Origin: Laetmonice hystrix
Taxonomy: Eukaryota
DNA length: 64,000 bases
Reading direction: 5' to 3'
Assembly (NCBI GenBank): GCA_965235115.1
Contig: OZ249446.1
Location: 16,864,001-16,928,000, forward strand
The notes under the pieces were generated by a model. The model was not told the DNA's origin and searched no databases. It saw only the letters and a list, made by a program, of their open reading frames with translations. Each line of letters starts with the position of its first letter. Within the stretch, counting starts at the first letter, position 1. Positions 25,080-37,158 of the stretch are shown piece by piece. The translations under genes and the position numbers were made by a program.

Positions 25080-26639
25080 TCATAGGGGTTCGTTACCTTC
25101 CCCTGGATCCAAAACATCAGCGGATCTTCGGTGCTCCCTCGATAGAGAGTGCCGCCCCCGTCCGCCTCTCCTACTGGGAGTACCCACTCCCCCCACTACA
25201 CGAGCCCTCCGATGAGGCTCTTCCTCCTCCACCTCCTGGGTGAAAAGAGAGTCCTGCGAGGGAGGAATTACCTCCAGGTCTGACCCTTTCTCTCCTTCCG
25301 ACACCACCACCATTTCCACCACTTGTTTCTCTTGTGTTTCTGACCATGTAGACATCTGGTCTACTATGTCACTGTTACCATCACTCTCCGAGTCAGAACC
25401 TGGAGAACCTGTCAACCTCAACTTTAGCACCTCAGTCTCTGACTGGGTGTTATCTACCACCTCACCTTTACCTTTTTTTCCGCCCCTTTGCTCCTCCTGT
25501 CCTCTCTTTGACCTTTTGCCAACACCTTTGTTTTTTTTTTTCCTCTCACTCTCTTCACTCCCATCACTCTGTACACCTTCTACTAACCGTTTGCTTATGA
25601 CGTCATCATCCATGGGCACTTCCCGCCCCCCAACTGCTCGTAACCTTCTGTTCAACTCACCGTAAGCTCTAACTCTCGCTTCATCCATTTGTTTTTGCAG
25701 CTCCTCTGCCGTCCGGGGCACCCACAAGCTTCCTCCCGCTACTGGTTCGACCTCCCGACCTACCAGACCTTTCTTAACCTTATCTGACCACAACACAGGC
25801 TGTTCATGGCCCTGTTTGTTTTGCCCTTGTCTGTCCTTACCACATTCTCTCACAATATGTCCTGCTTGGAGACATCTTCTGCACACCTGTACACGGCCTG
25901 GTATCGTAACCAGCGCCGTGAACGACCTACCTCCAAACACAGTCTCAAAGAAATGAGGCACTTCATCCATCTTCTCCTCCTCTATTTCCATTCTCAGTCG
26001 TCTCACACCATTATCAACATCTGCCTCACCTCTCGCCTTTTCTCTGACCAGGGAACAAACTTTACCAAATCTTGACATAAAATCACGTATGGCACCATCC
26101 GGCACAAAACTTGGCAGCCATAGCACCCGTACTAAGGTGGTCTGTGGAGTCCACGCAACTGTGGCACTCCCCTCCACCCACTTTGCCACTGGCCTACATG
26201 GACAGTCAAATCCAGAGATTCTTAGAACCTCTGGAAACAGGGCTAAGTCTTCCTTAGCGGCAACAGTAACAAAGAAAACACTAGAGTTTTCCCTCACTTG
26301 TCTGGTTATAGTTACAACCTTACGAAAGTGCCTTGTAGTGAGGGTGGCCTTAACACCTGCTACCACCTCCTCTCTGGCAATATAACGTTGAGGTGGAGTT
26401 ATTTCTACCGTTCTGAAAACCTCATTGGACTCCCTAGCCTCATAGGTCTCACCTGTTGTTAGCAGTATCTCCACCGACGACTCCCCCGTCGAACCGCCGG
26501 CTTCATTTTGCACTCCAACTTGACAAATGGCGGCGCCCACGGCCTGCCGACCCACTTCCGGCCTCACCGCACGATGTTGGTCCACGGGGGAGCCGCCAGG
26601 AACGCCACCTACACCTTCAATGATCATGGCCTCTGCCAT
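25080..26639 (-). CDS. Retrotransposon ORF1 (RRM-like region plus CCHC zinc knuckle, 519 aa)
   Basis: VRVLWLPSFVPDGAIRDFMSRFGKV and CRRCLQAGHIVREC (CX2CX4HX4C), typical of Tx1/L1 ORF1. Confidence 0.93.
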   Translation of the reverse strand: MAEAMIIEGVGGVPGGSPVDQHRAVRPEVGRQAVGAAICQVGVQNEAGGSTGESSVEILLTTGETYEARESNEVFRTVEITPPQRYIAREEVVAGVKATLTTRHFRKVVTITRQVRENSSVFFVTVAAKEDLALFPEVLRISGFDCPCRPVAKWVEGSATVAWTPQTTLVRVLWLPSFVPDGAIRDFMSRFGKVCSLVREKARGEADVDNGVRRLRMEIEEEKMDEVPHFFETVFGGRSFTALVTIPGRVQVCRRCLQAGHIVRECGKDRQGQNKQGHEQPVLWSDKVKKGLVGREVEPVAGGSLWVPRTAEELQKQMDEARVRAYGELNRRLRAVGGREVPMDDDVISKRLVEGVQSDGSEESERKKKNKGVGKRSKRGQEEQRGGKKGKGEVVDNTQSETEVLKLRLTGSPGSDSESDGNSDIVDQMSTWSETQEKQVVEMVVVSEGEKGSDLEVIPPSQDSLFTQEVEEEEPHRRARVVGGVGTPSRRGGRGRHSLSREHRRSADVLDPGEGNEPL

Positions 26640-26783
26640 GGTGGGCAGAGCCGTCTAGCGGCACTACTGTAAACACAACTTTATAACAAGCACAGCAACA
26701 ACAGTATTGAAATCGAACAATCTTTACACGATCTCCGTAGGGGAGTTAATCAACAAAAACGGCTTCTAGACCTTAAGGGCCCG

Positions 26784-26815
26784 CTTTGATCTTAGCCAAA
26801 AGGCCGAGAAGCGAT
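26784..26815 (-). ncRNA. U2: U2 snRNA 5' portion (nt 1-32)
   Basis: Reverse complement ATCGCTTCTCGGCCTTTTGGCTAAGATCAAAG is the canonical U2 5' end. Confidence 0.98.
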
Positions 26816-26861
26816 ACCGCCAACGGTTTCAGGACTTTATTATATTTCCAAATACGAAGCA

Positions 26862-26880
26862 CAGAAGTGGTGTTTGGTAA
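26862..26880 (-). promoter_or_regulatory. Possible snRNA proximal sequence element (PSE)
   Basis: TTACC... begins at -65 from U2 +1, the position where vertebrate PSEs (T(C/T)ACC...) start; the rest of the match is poor. Confidence 0.3.
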
Positions 26881-27499
26881 ATCCTGCATACGTACATCAA
26901 TTGTTTGCGTAAATGCCACCAAACGGCATCATGACAGAGTAATAGCTATGTGACATATTGTTTTACACAATTATATTTCCATGCAGTTAAAAGATATAAA
27001 ATCGAACCATTGAGATACTTGCGTGATTCCATGAGAAATGGTGGCATGAATGGTATGGTATGTTTTCGGACACTACGCATGCGCAGGACTAGGTCAAGTT
27101 GGCGAACGCCTGCAGTTACTATCCCTGGCTGGGGCGGCCTCTGGGATAACTCCAGGAACTACTTTTGACCTCAACGTCCCCACTAGCTAAAGATAGCATA
27201 GGCCTATTATGATAGGCCTACTATCAATCAAAGGTATGTTGCCAAGGAATGACTCATACCGGGAGGGTGAATGTCACAAGCACACTTGAAATCATCCCAT
27301 AGGCCTATAGGCCACTACATGTATTGGTGAACTATTTGTAGCGGAACTGCGGCGGCACCAGTCGTCAAACTACTCCGCGCAGTGATACCGATCAGAGCTG
27401 TGCGCAGTGAATAGACCTACCCTAACTGACAGTCCTCAAACCGGAGATATGTAGCGTCAGGACGCTGACCTATTTCCCAGGCTTGCCACCAACACCAGG

Positions 27500-29530
27500 C
27501 GCTACCGCCACCTAGGTGTGACCCAGAGAACTACCGTAGCGCCTCCGACGCAGTTAAATTGAACAAATGGTAGTTTCTTCTTTACCGCAACCACAGATCG
27601 AGAGCCATCCTCTGTTGCAGGGTGTTCGAGACCGATTCAGGTTTTACCAGGTAGTGAGTATCCACTTTCAAAATGTTCCATGGAGTCCGTCATAAAAACG
27701 TTTCAAGACCTGGCCGTGTCCCCACATGGCATCTGCTATCAGTTTGCGCTAATACCCCAAAGCAATCCGAAGCGGCGGACCTGCGCAAAGTGATCAAAAA
27801 CTTGATGCTGTCTCAATCTCACATCTTCGAAGAACCTCGAGACCCGAGGAAACCAAGTCTTGTCCCTTGATCTGTGTTATCGGCGTCTGATATTTGGGTG
27901 AAATATGAAGCGAAAAGAAAGCAAATGAGAAGAAAAGCAAAGAAATGTGGATTCTGGGAGTAGCATACATATGGCAGTCATGTCAGGAGCATAGACTCTA
28001 GACTCTATGCTCTGAAGATAGACATGGAGGGTGAGCTGAGAATCCTTTATTTCCCTCATGAAAAACGCCAGTGGGATGTAGCCAGAGTTGGAAGCGTTCA
28101 AAGCAGCATCCCTCTCGATCCTGATCACAAACCGGAAACGGGGGTTGAAGTGATAGAAAAGGTTTGCTGCATGCTGTCTGATGCTTGCCCTAGCTGTCTC
28201 CCTCTGTGTCACTATAGAGATACAGTCCAGTGTAAAAAGTACCTGTTTACACATCCTGATCGGACAACATGAAGCACGACTCTGCATGACTGCATGACTG
28301 TAATGTAGGCCTACTACCGGGTACATTATGCTGAGTATAGTCATTCATAGATAAACACTGGAAAGAAAGGAAAGCAGAACCTGATGAAAAACACAAATGA
28401 CGGTGTCATGAGTGACAGCTAGGCTTGCTGAGCTGGAGTTTCTTTCTCAAAAGTCAAAACACGGTGGGACTGGTACCGTGCCATTCAGGTTGGCAATTCT
28501 GAAGCCCAAAGGTCAGGAGATGTCATTTAGTGTTACTGCCTCGAAGCAGACGTTGGACTCGTCGCCCTCGGTAGGGAAGATGTGCCTGATAGTGTTGGTC
28601 TTTAATTCCCCGTGGTCTTTTGGAATCGTTGTGTGAGTTCATTTACACATTTTGGAGTCGCTGCCCCATTCCATGACATAGATTGTCTTACTCATAATCC
28701 CTACAGCAAGATCTCGAGTGACTATTCCATTCTCTGAACAAACTTCACACCATCATCCACGTTAAAATTCAAAATCGTCCAGGTCAGGTGTAGTCCGGCA
28801 TCCATATTCAGTACCGTTGTCTTTAAGGGCCTGGTTGACAAAAAGTTGACAAAACCAGGAGAGTAAACATATATACATACATGTATGTCTTAAATATTTT
28901 CCCATCTTGAGAATGAGAAATTATTACTGCAATTTTCTAATGAAGGAAATCATGATTTGCCTTGCTTGGGCTACTCTGGAATATGTCCTCTTCTCCTTGT
29001 TCAGTGTCAGTAAGGTGTCCAAATAATGTAGATGTTAAAGCAGACCAACTGCGTAGGAATACCTGTACAGTGAATGATGGAACGTGGAAGCTTTGAAAGT
29101 GCGATCTTCTGCTCTCCGTTAGGCCAGGCCACTGTCTAGACCTACTTCAGCAGCTGAAATATAGGCATATATAGCCAGTTTTAGACTCCCCTTACTTGTT
29201 TGTGAAATTGTTTGTTTTAGCAATTCCTTGTCGATGAAAGTCATGCACGAAGTCTCCATACGATAGGCTCTGGCTTAATCTTCCCTGTCACGTGGAAGGA
29301 TAACGTTTTTGTTTTCACGTCGAGACAAATAGTGGCGGACAGTGGTTGAAGATCCTCAGTTAAATAGATCTTGTGGCTCCGAGTCGGACGTCGTGGCCGA
29401 CTGAAGATCGACGTAGAGATATCTCCTTAGGCAGCGAATAACATTATCTATCAACTGTTGGATTTACCTCCCGATTTGGTACAATATGTTTATCGCCTGG
29501 AATTTCTCGAACGTCGATCTGTAAATGGTG
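27500..29530 (-). mobile_element. Highly decayed CR1/L2-like LINE RT remnant(s)
   Basis: ICLDVKTK (DxxKAFD-like, ~29320), WRLRA*LSSTR (~29240), MDAGLHLTW (~28790), CGCG...YHLF (~27570); many stops. Confidence 0.4.
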
Positions 29531-31899
29531 CATTATTTGTGAGAAGCATGACACGAGAGATAACGAAGTATAGAACCCGATCGGGGTCCGGCATTCCACT
29601 TTCTATATCCTCCGTATAGTGACGTAGCCAGCGATGTTTCGGTTGTTTCGGATGAAACAACCTTCGAAGACCTTAAATATTCTAGTTGGACTAGATCTAT
29701 AGAGGATGTATATATATATGATAGACACAGTAGACTTAGTCCAATTTTCACAATTTTCCTGGGGGCTCCCAGATCCCCTTGCAGCAAGATCGAGCAGCTT
29801 CGCTTGTCCCAAAGGGCTGTAACCTCCATCATGAGCAGAAACGAAACCAGTCCATATAACTCCTGGCTGCGTGCCTGCTCCGACAGAGAATCTGCCAGGA
29901 TTGCAGACTAAGCTAAGACTAACAGTCCCGTGGTGACACTAGCTGGAGACTAGACTGACAAGAGCTGGAGGCAATATCTGCCCTCAATAATTAAAATCTG
30001 CCCAGACATGCACGCCTGGTTTACAAAAGGAAAATTTACAATCAACCCCCTGGATGGAGTAAACTTGATGTTCAGTGCTGATTCTGGTGATCAGGCGGGG
30101 TCATCTCGTGGCAGTTGTTGCACAAGTCAACATTGCTTGGCCCAGGTACAGTATATGGAATAGAAGGAATGAGGGGCACTGACACGCTCCTGAATGGACG
30201 CAGCCTCGGCAACATCAACACAATAAAGCCCTAGTGCATTGCAGGAACACCGCTCCGCACTTTTCATACTCCACCCGAACAAACTGATGTCAAATGCCAA
30301 CTCTTACTGTTGGAAAAGAACTAGCGTACGTACCACATCAAGACGCCAATAGAAGAAACCTCCACGCAACACACAAAACATTTTAGAGCCCATCGGTGTA
30401 CATTCCACTGAGACTTGACTTGAATTGATCTTATTTTCAACCTCAGAGTCCTTTTCAATGTTACTTCTTGCATTACAGTACTTTCGTTTTAGTAAATGCG
30501 GAGGCATCATCCTGTCAATTGATGAAGAGATGAGCAACTGACGGTTTAAAGATGATCCGCATTAATTGCATTAATTACTCTGAAGTAGCCCGAAGTATTT
30601 GTATTTATCACGTCTTCGCTGAGCCATGTGTATTCCATATGACGTATCCTATTCGCTAACTTTGAGCAATCTCCACGTCGATTATTTGGCCGACTTTCAA
30701 AATAACGACCTACTTCTCAACCCAATGCAGACGTAGCCATTGTTTACCATCTCTAGTGCTCGGTAATCTGTAAGCTGGTATTTCTTTGGTAAATGGAAGA
30801 GTGATGTAACATTTCAGCAAATCACCCTCCGCCCCGCCTGCATGCTCCCGGCTTCTTGGATGATTGTGCTGCCACAAATGACTTCATTTAGCTTATAAGA
30901 TGAATATCTTACATCTGTGAAATGTTGGTCAACACCCAGATGGTCATATAAGAAGACTGATTTTTCAATAATGGAATTTGGCGATTTAGGCCTAAACAAA
31001 AGCACGCGAAACTTGAAGCCCTCGTAAAACTGGAAGTGTTTGAAATCCGTTGCCGATACGTGTACAGTAGACCGACTCGTTGGTGTTTTGTCTGCGGTTG
31101 CAGCATCTCTGGCGCGAAACCGAAGCCCTCTGCATTCAGACAGGATTCGTCATTGTGATCAGTCTGACCATACAGTACCGCATTCAGCCTTTGTACCATA
31201 AAGGCCTCACAGTTACAGTGCGCGCGACACAGTTAATGAGTGCATACACTGGACATTGGCGATACACTGGGCCCCGGGTTCCAAAAACCTTTCTCAAAGT
31301 TGGCACTGAAACTCCTGCAACAATAGAGAGGTTCAGATTTCACTCGGAGCGTGAACGCGATCACGACATGGGGACGTAACGTGGAGCTAAAAATAGCTCG
31401 GGTCACGTAGCCTTTCACACCGGCGTTCTCCGCGCTTTTCCAACGTGTACAGTTCTTCTAGTTCTTCCCATGCAATAACCGTCAAGAAACGTTAACGGTG
31501 ACGTAAAAATGTTGTCACGTTGAGGCCTACATATAGTTGCGGTGGTAATCAGAAACTTGCGTTCCGCAGGTATGACCTTTTTCATATGATGAAAACTGTT
31601 AGTGTTGGTCTATGGTCTATTTAAAAAGTGTTACTGAATTTTATGGACCAAAATGTTTTTAAGGGAGATGAGCCCTTGGCTGTGGGCCTTGGGCAAGTGT
31701 CCCGTTTGCCTTATGGATAAGACAGCCCTGGCTAGTGTCCGTTATGGTCTCCTTAGTGGACATGTGCCTTTTTTCAAGGATTTCTTTTCTGATATTACTG
31801 CGTGGATCAAATACGAACTGTATAAGGCCACGCCATTATTACTCAAAGATAACCGTCGTCATATTTGTGTCATTGTAGATATTATAGATCATTTCCACT

Positions 31900-32270
31900 A
31901 CCTCACTGTACTGTTTGCTTGGGTACTAGGCCAGTCAGTACCATGTAGGGACTCCTCACTGTACTGTTTGGCCTCCCTTACTGTTTGGCCTCACTGTACT
32001 GTTTGGCCCCACTGTACTCTTTGGCCTCACTCTACTGTTTGCTTGGGTACTAGGGCAGCCCTTACCTTGTAGGGACTCCTCACTGTACTGTTTTTCCTCC
32101 CTGTACAGTTTTGCCTAACTGTATACCCTTTGCCCTCACTGTATTGTTTGGCCTCACTAGGCCTATACTGTTTGCTTGCATACAACGGTAGCCAGTAGGG
32201 TAGGGACACCTCACCTTAATGTTTGGGCTCACTGTACTGTTTGCACTCACTGTACTCTTTGGCCCCACTG
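31900..32270. repeat. Degenerate short tandem repeat (cctcactgtactgtttgg core)
   Basis: Motif recurs many times with variable spacing. Confidence 0.75.
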
Positions 32271-32674
32271 GTTAGGGGCCTAATCCCTAAAGTTAGGTCG
32301 GGTATAAAGGGCCATAATCACTACATTCAGGTTAGGTACATAATATCCTAATCACTACAGTCAGGTGGGATATAGGGCCCTCATCACTACAGCCAGGTGG
32401 GGTATATAGGTTCCTAATCGCTACAGGCAGGTGGCGTATATGGGTCATAATTTTGAACTATGTACATATTGCCTATTTTCAGACTTTCAGCAACTCAAGC
32501 TCAAATAAAATGAAACGAAATGCATAAATTAAAATATGTGTTTTTCCTTGAAATTTCCATTGCTTCCTCCTTCAGTGTGCACAAATATGCTTGTACTGAT
32601 CATGGACTGATTTAAAACGCTAAATACATCTGTTTTACATAATATTAGGTCATTATGGCAATGTTTGTATGCAT

Positions 32675-32925
32675 AGGCCCTGTTACAACCGATAATGTAA
32701 TAACTGACCGATAATGTGATAAAGGTCAAAATTTTATAAATTATTACATTATCATTACATTATCAACACCCTCTCCAACCGATAATGTAATAATCGACCG
32801 ATAGTGTAATAAAATTTCTAACCGATAATGTAATGCAATTTTGACTCCGATAATGTAATAATCGACCGATAATGTAATCGAATTTCTAACCGATAATGTA
32901 GCCTAATACAATTTTCACCAATAGT
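32675..32925 (+). repeat. ccgataatgtaata array with a defined terminus (inverted partner at 41043-41286)
   Basis: aggccctgttacaaccgataatgtaataactgaccgataatgtgataaag... matches the reverse complement of 41043-41286. Confidence 0.85.
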
Positions 32926-33782
32926 GTAATAGATATGTAAAGTGGCCACTGTTCAAAATTTTCAGGTCACGTGGTTTAACGAAAATAGGTCAAATCGATT
33001 CTAGCAAAGGGGATTCCACTGACCCTCTCTTTAGAGACCATCCCTGTGCAATTTAATAAAATTTTACTGAAAATCGAGGAAGAAGTAGGCATTTAAGCAT
33101 TTTCTGACCTTTGACCCAGCTCTCAGACACGTCAAAGGTCAAAGGTCAAAATATTTGCAAAAAATGAATACGGGAAAACGTTGTGACGTCGCCAACATTA
33201 CATCCGGGACTTGACGGGGCAAGAGAACTTCCGGTCTTTCGTTGTTTACATTCACTACCGTGCCGACTCGGTGCTTCGCCAGATCTAGATCTAACTGCTA
33301 CGACTGCTTTGCCTACCTTTTCCTCAAATTTCCGAATTGTGTTTGGGGATTTACTGCCTGTTATCAAAAAATCCTGGTTTAGGGTATCTACATTTTTTCA
33401 CTTTTCCAACGGAAAGAACGGCAGTCGCGGTAGGCCACGGCCTACGCCGAGCTAGCCTACGCCTACGCGGCTACGGTAGGCTACGCGAGGCTGATCTGCC
33501 GTCGGCCTCGCCCAGCCTACAAGAACAAGACAAAGATCTAAGTAGGCCTAGTACTACTGGTAAATCTAGTATTACAAAATGTAGTAATCGTAATATGGAG
33601 TATAGTAGGTGTGGTATATATCTCGTCAGGCATGCGAGCCCGTGGCCGGTGTGGCGGTCATGCGTGTCCGGGAGAGACCATCCGACTGCCCTCAACTCAA
33701 GCAGAGCACCGTCACTGTGCCGCGATCTATAGATCACTATAGACTAGTATCGGTACATTTGTACATCCGTGCTGATCTAGCT

Positions 33783-33967
33783 CAGGGGTGTAGCCGGGGG
33801 GGGGGGGGCGAAGTGGGCCTCGCCCCCCCCCCCCCCACCCACCCAGGCTTACACCAGTAAAGATTGAATTTTCAATGATGAAACGGACACATCACATGTG
33901 CGCGGTTTCAGCTCGTCGCGGATCTCAGCCCCCCCCCCCCCCTCAGAAAATCCTGGCTACACCCCTG
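33783..33967. mobile_element. MITE with CAGGGGTGTAGCC TIRs and a 5-bp TSD
   Basis: TAGCT|caggggtgtagcc...ggctacacccctg|TAGCT. Confidence 0.8.
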
Positions 33968-35703
33968 TAGCTAATCCCCTAGCTGCCCCTGGTCGCACCC
34001 CCCCCCCTCACCCCGGTTATGACAGTCGGAACCATTATGAATGGCAACAGGCCCCGTAACCCTTGTCAAATTTAAAGAAACTATTGTCTAACACCAGTTA
34101 TGGCTACAGACGGATTTCTTTAGCAACAATACAGCTAGAATCTACCAGTCTGCATGCAGATGTCGATCTATGCCTTTTTGGGGGTTTACCTTCACTTGCT
34201 GCACCTTCATCACTGCCAGGCTCTGCTAGAGCCTAGACTCTCGAATAGCCACGCCCACAGTATAATATCGTAGACCTAGACAAAGTCGTAGACCTAGAGT
34301 AGACTCTAGGCCTAACCCTAGGCCTAGGCCTATAATACTAATAGACTGTAGACTATAGAGTCTATTCAATGAAAGTTTGTGTCAAAAGTTTTTGTTAACT
34401 TTATCTCTGACATCTCCCGTTTGTTTCAGTGAATAGTGAAAAGATTCAAAAGGTCAAAGGCAGAACCGTGTCAACCGTGGGGGGGGGGGGGGGGGGGGAG
34501 ACTACAAGCCTGCATAAATCAATAAATGTACACCCACAGAAATAGAGAAATGTCATGACAGAAACAGGGTTCCCAGCATATTGTGAAAACAAAGTTTCCA
34601 TGCGATTTCCTTGAGAAATTTCCAAAATTCCATGAGAAATATTGTGTTTTAGGGATAGCATAGCCAGCCTAATGGTATAGAGAGGTGTATTCTTCATTGT
34701 GACTGTACATGTATAAACATTATTAACTCGACAAATTAGTCCATGGATACAACTTAGGACACGCTGAAGATGCACACGCCAGATTGAAATAACTGATGAA
34801 AACCTTTCCCTTCTGGGGTACTGTCAAATTCCCTGCGATTTCCCTGATTTTTTTTTTATGTTTTCTCATTCCCGGAGTTTTCCCTGATAGACTGGAACAA
34901 ATATCCAGAAATGTGCCTGGAAAAAGTCCTATAGGCATTTTTGAGGAAAAGCGGCCAAACAACATTTTCCAGAGTGGTTTTTTGCGCAGATTACGAATAT
35001 TTTATTTGGACATCTCAATTTTGCATAATTAGGTCAGAAATCGAGGTCAAAGTTCAATAAGTAGGTCATGACCAAAAATGTACATAATCACATGGCCTAA
35101 CGGAAGATTGAAAGATTCCTTTGAAAATACTAACCATTAGGGCTGTGGTAAGCATTGTATTTGACAATTAAATGGAAAATGCGAAGCATATTTATCATAA
35201 AATAGCTCATATCTCCTTTATTACTGAACATTCCACAATATCATCACAAGTTCACTGATACATTTCTGTGGCCATTAACATTGCTGGGCATAGCAGTAGA
35301 CACTGTTTCCAATATCTTTCTGACTATTTCCAATGGAAATGTGATGTTGGTTGGCATCAGAATGGGTCAAAACTAGGTCAACGTTTGACCTACAAGTACA
35401 TGTATTTGCAAAAAAAAACAGTTGAAGATGCGTGTCTAGTTCTGTATGCTGTATCATAAATTGTGATTCCCTTCGTCAGTGTGAAGTTGCAGACTTATTT
35501 CTCACCCTTTACCACCCACCCCCACCTTATCCCATTCTCATCGGAAACAAATTAGCCCGTAACGAAATGCAGCAACCACCTGTAGCATATTACAATGTAG
35601 TATAGGACATGTCAAATGAAAGTCCTTTCCTATATCTCCAAGTATGTAGGCCTACGTCATTGCTGTAGATCTGGCTGATCCACTGTAGATTTAACCCTAT
35701 CAG

Positions 35704-35792
35704 GGCGAGGAGTGCCTGAAGGCACTCCTGTGTGATGGCGAGGAGTGCCTTGAGGCACTCCCGTGTGAGGGCGAAGAGTGCCTTGAGGCACT
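35704..35792. repeat. Three 33-bp units, each containing a palindrome (GAGTGCC-N4-GGCACTC)
   Basis: Units start at 35704, 35737 and 35770. Confidence 0.85.
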
Positions 35793-36123
35793 TTTCTGTC
35801 ACCATGGCACCAGACATTCACTTATAGTCGGGCAGCCAGAGGGCATTTTGGGGCTGAACCTGGAGCATTTTTTCTAATTTGCATAAATCCAATATGGCCG
35901 CCATCTTACCCATGGCGATTCACTTTTGGCATTATCTCCACCCGTAAATTGACTTTTTTCATTATATAATTTTTTCCTAGGAGGTTCTGTTGTCCAGTTT
36001 AGGGTTCTTAGCATAGCTCAAGATATAGTATTCAGTGTATCTGGGGAAAGGAAAACATCCCCAAAACATGTAGGTCTTGGCCTTACACTGCATCAGGCTA
36101 CCAGATCAAAATCACTTGTAGAA

Positions 36124-36384
36124 ATGTTTCATAATGCAGGGTATATTGCTAGCTATAGAGACGTACTACGTCTTGACACTGCTTTAGCCGAGGTAACCTT
36201 GGAAAGTATGGACCAGGACACTGGGTCAGTTGTTCCACCCAATTTGGTGCCTGGTGTATTTACCCACTTTTCAGCAGATAACATAGATATCAATGATTCC
36301 ACCTTGGATGGAAAAACACCTTCCATGCAACACGTCACTAGCTGCAGCATGCCAGAGGGGACCTATCGGGGGGCCTGCTCCTGA
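36124..36384 (+). pseudogene. Fragment of a large DNA-transposon transposase (Academ-like)
   Basis: GYIASYRDVLRLDTALA...VPPNLVPGVFTHFSADNIDINDSTLDGK, then a frameshift; the DNID...TLDGK motif is recognised from invertebrate transposase-like proteins. Confidence 0.55.
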
Positions 36385-36634
36385 TACCGTTCTGCCAGAC
36401 ATCAGGCCATCTGGTAAAGTCACACTTGAAGTACCCAAATCAAGATAGTCAATGTGTGTCTACAAATTCAGTGTCAGACTTCTGGGACTACTTTATCATT
36501 GCATTCACATATTAAGCTTACTGTGTAATTTGGCATTTTGTTGTCAACTTTACTTATTACAGGCGGGTAAGGGGGGTATGTCTGGAACTCCACAGTCCTG
36601 CCCAATGAATCACACTTTAGAATAGGTACCTTAA

Positions 36635-37158
36635 AGGGAGCCGTAAAATTCATTTTTTCGATTTATGGCAGTCTTAGAAACATGATTCGCATACCTTGGA
36701 CTCCCAGTAACATCATGTGAGACTGTTATGGCCCAGCGACCAGTATTTAGTAAGGAAAATATGCCAAATCTCTCGCAAATACGTAGCTCAGAATTAGCGA
36801 GCGGCCCACAGGATATTTGAGTTGGCCGCCGTCGGGCGATGATGACGCGTGATCACGTGACTTCCGGGTGTGGAAGGGAATCTCCCGCTAGTCTAGCGTT
36901 GACCTAAATACCGCATGTACACCCGGAAGTCACGTGATCACGCGTCATCATCGCCCGACCGCAGCCAACTCAAATATCCTGTGGGCCGCTCGCTAATTCT
37001 GAGCTACGTATTTGCGAGAGATTTGGCATATTTTCCTTACTAAATACTGGTCGCTGGGCCATAACAGTCTCACATGATGTTACTGGGAGTCCAAGGTATG
37101 CGAATCATATGTTTCTAAGACTGCCATAAATCGAAAAAAATGAATTTTACGGCTCCCT
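36635..37158. mobile_element. Near-perfect palindromic MITE with TTAA TSD (Kolobok-like termini)
   Basis: TTAA|AGGGAGCCG...CGGCTCCCT|TTAA; arms 36635-36871 and 36919-37158 with a 47-bp spacer. Confidence 0.9.

Larger units (their letters stand above)
19778..26783 (-). mobile_element. Full-length Tx1/L1-clade non-LTR retrotransposon inserted in U2 snRNA (Keno-type)
   Basis: Two intact ORFs, 144-nt 5' UTR, ~1.5-kb 3' UTR, AATAAA (19807-19812) and A16-17 tail abutting U2 sequence; U2 nt 1-32 at the 5' junction. Confidence 0.95.

Noticed and set aside
26769-26776. TTAAGG (R2 28S target core) in the element 5' UTR
   Set aside because: A six-base match with no rDNA context; expected by chance.
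19626-26815. Utopia (R2-like, U2-targeting) assignment
   Set aside because: ORF2 has an N-terminal APE endonuclease and there is a separate ORF1; no C-terminal restriction-like endonuclease was seen.
35704-35792. CRISPR array
   Set aside because: Eukaryotic context, only three units, non-unique spacers and no cas genes.
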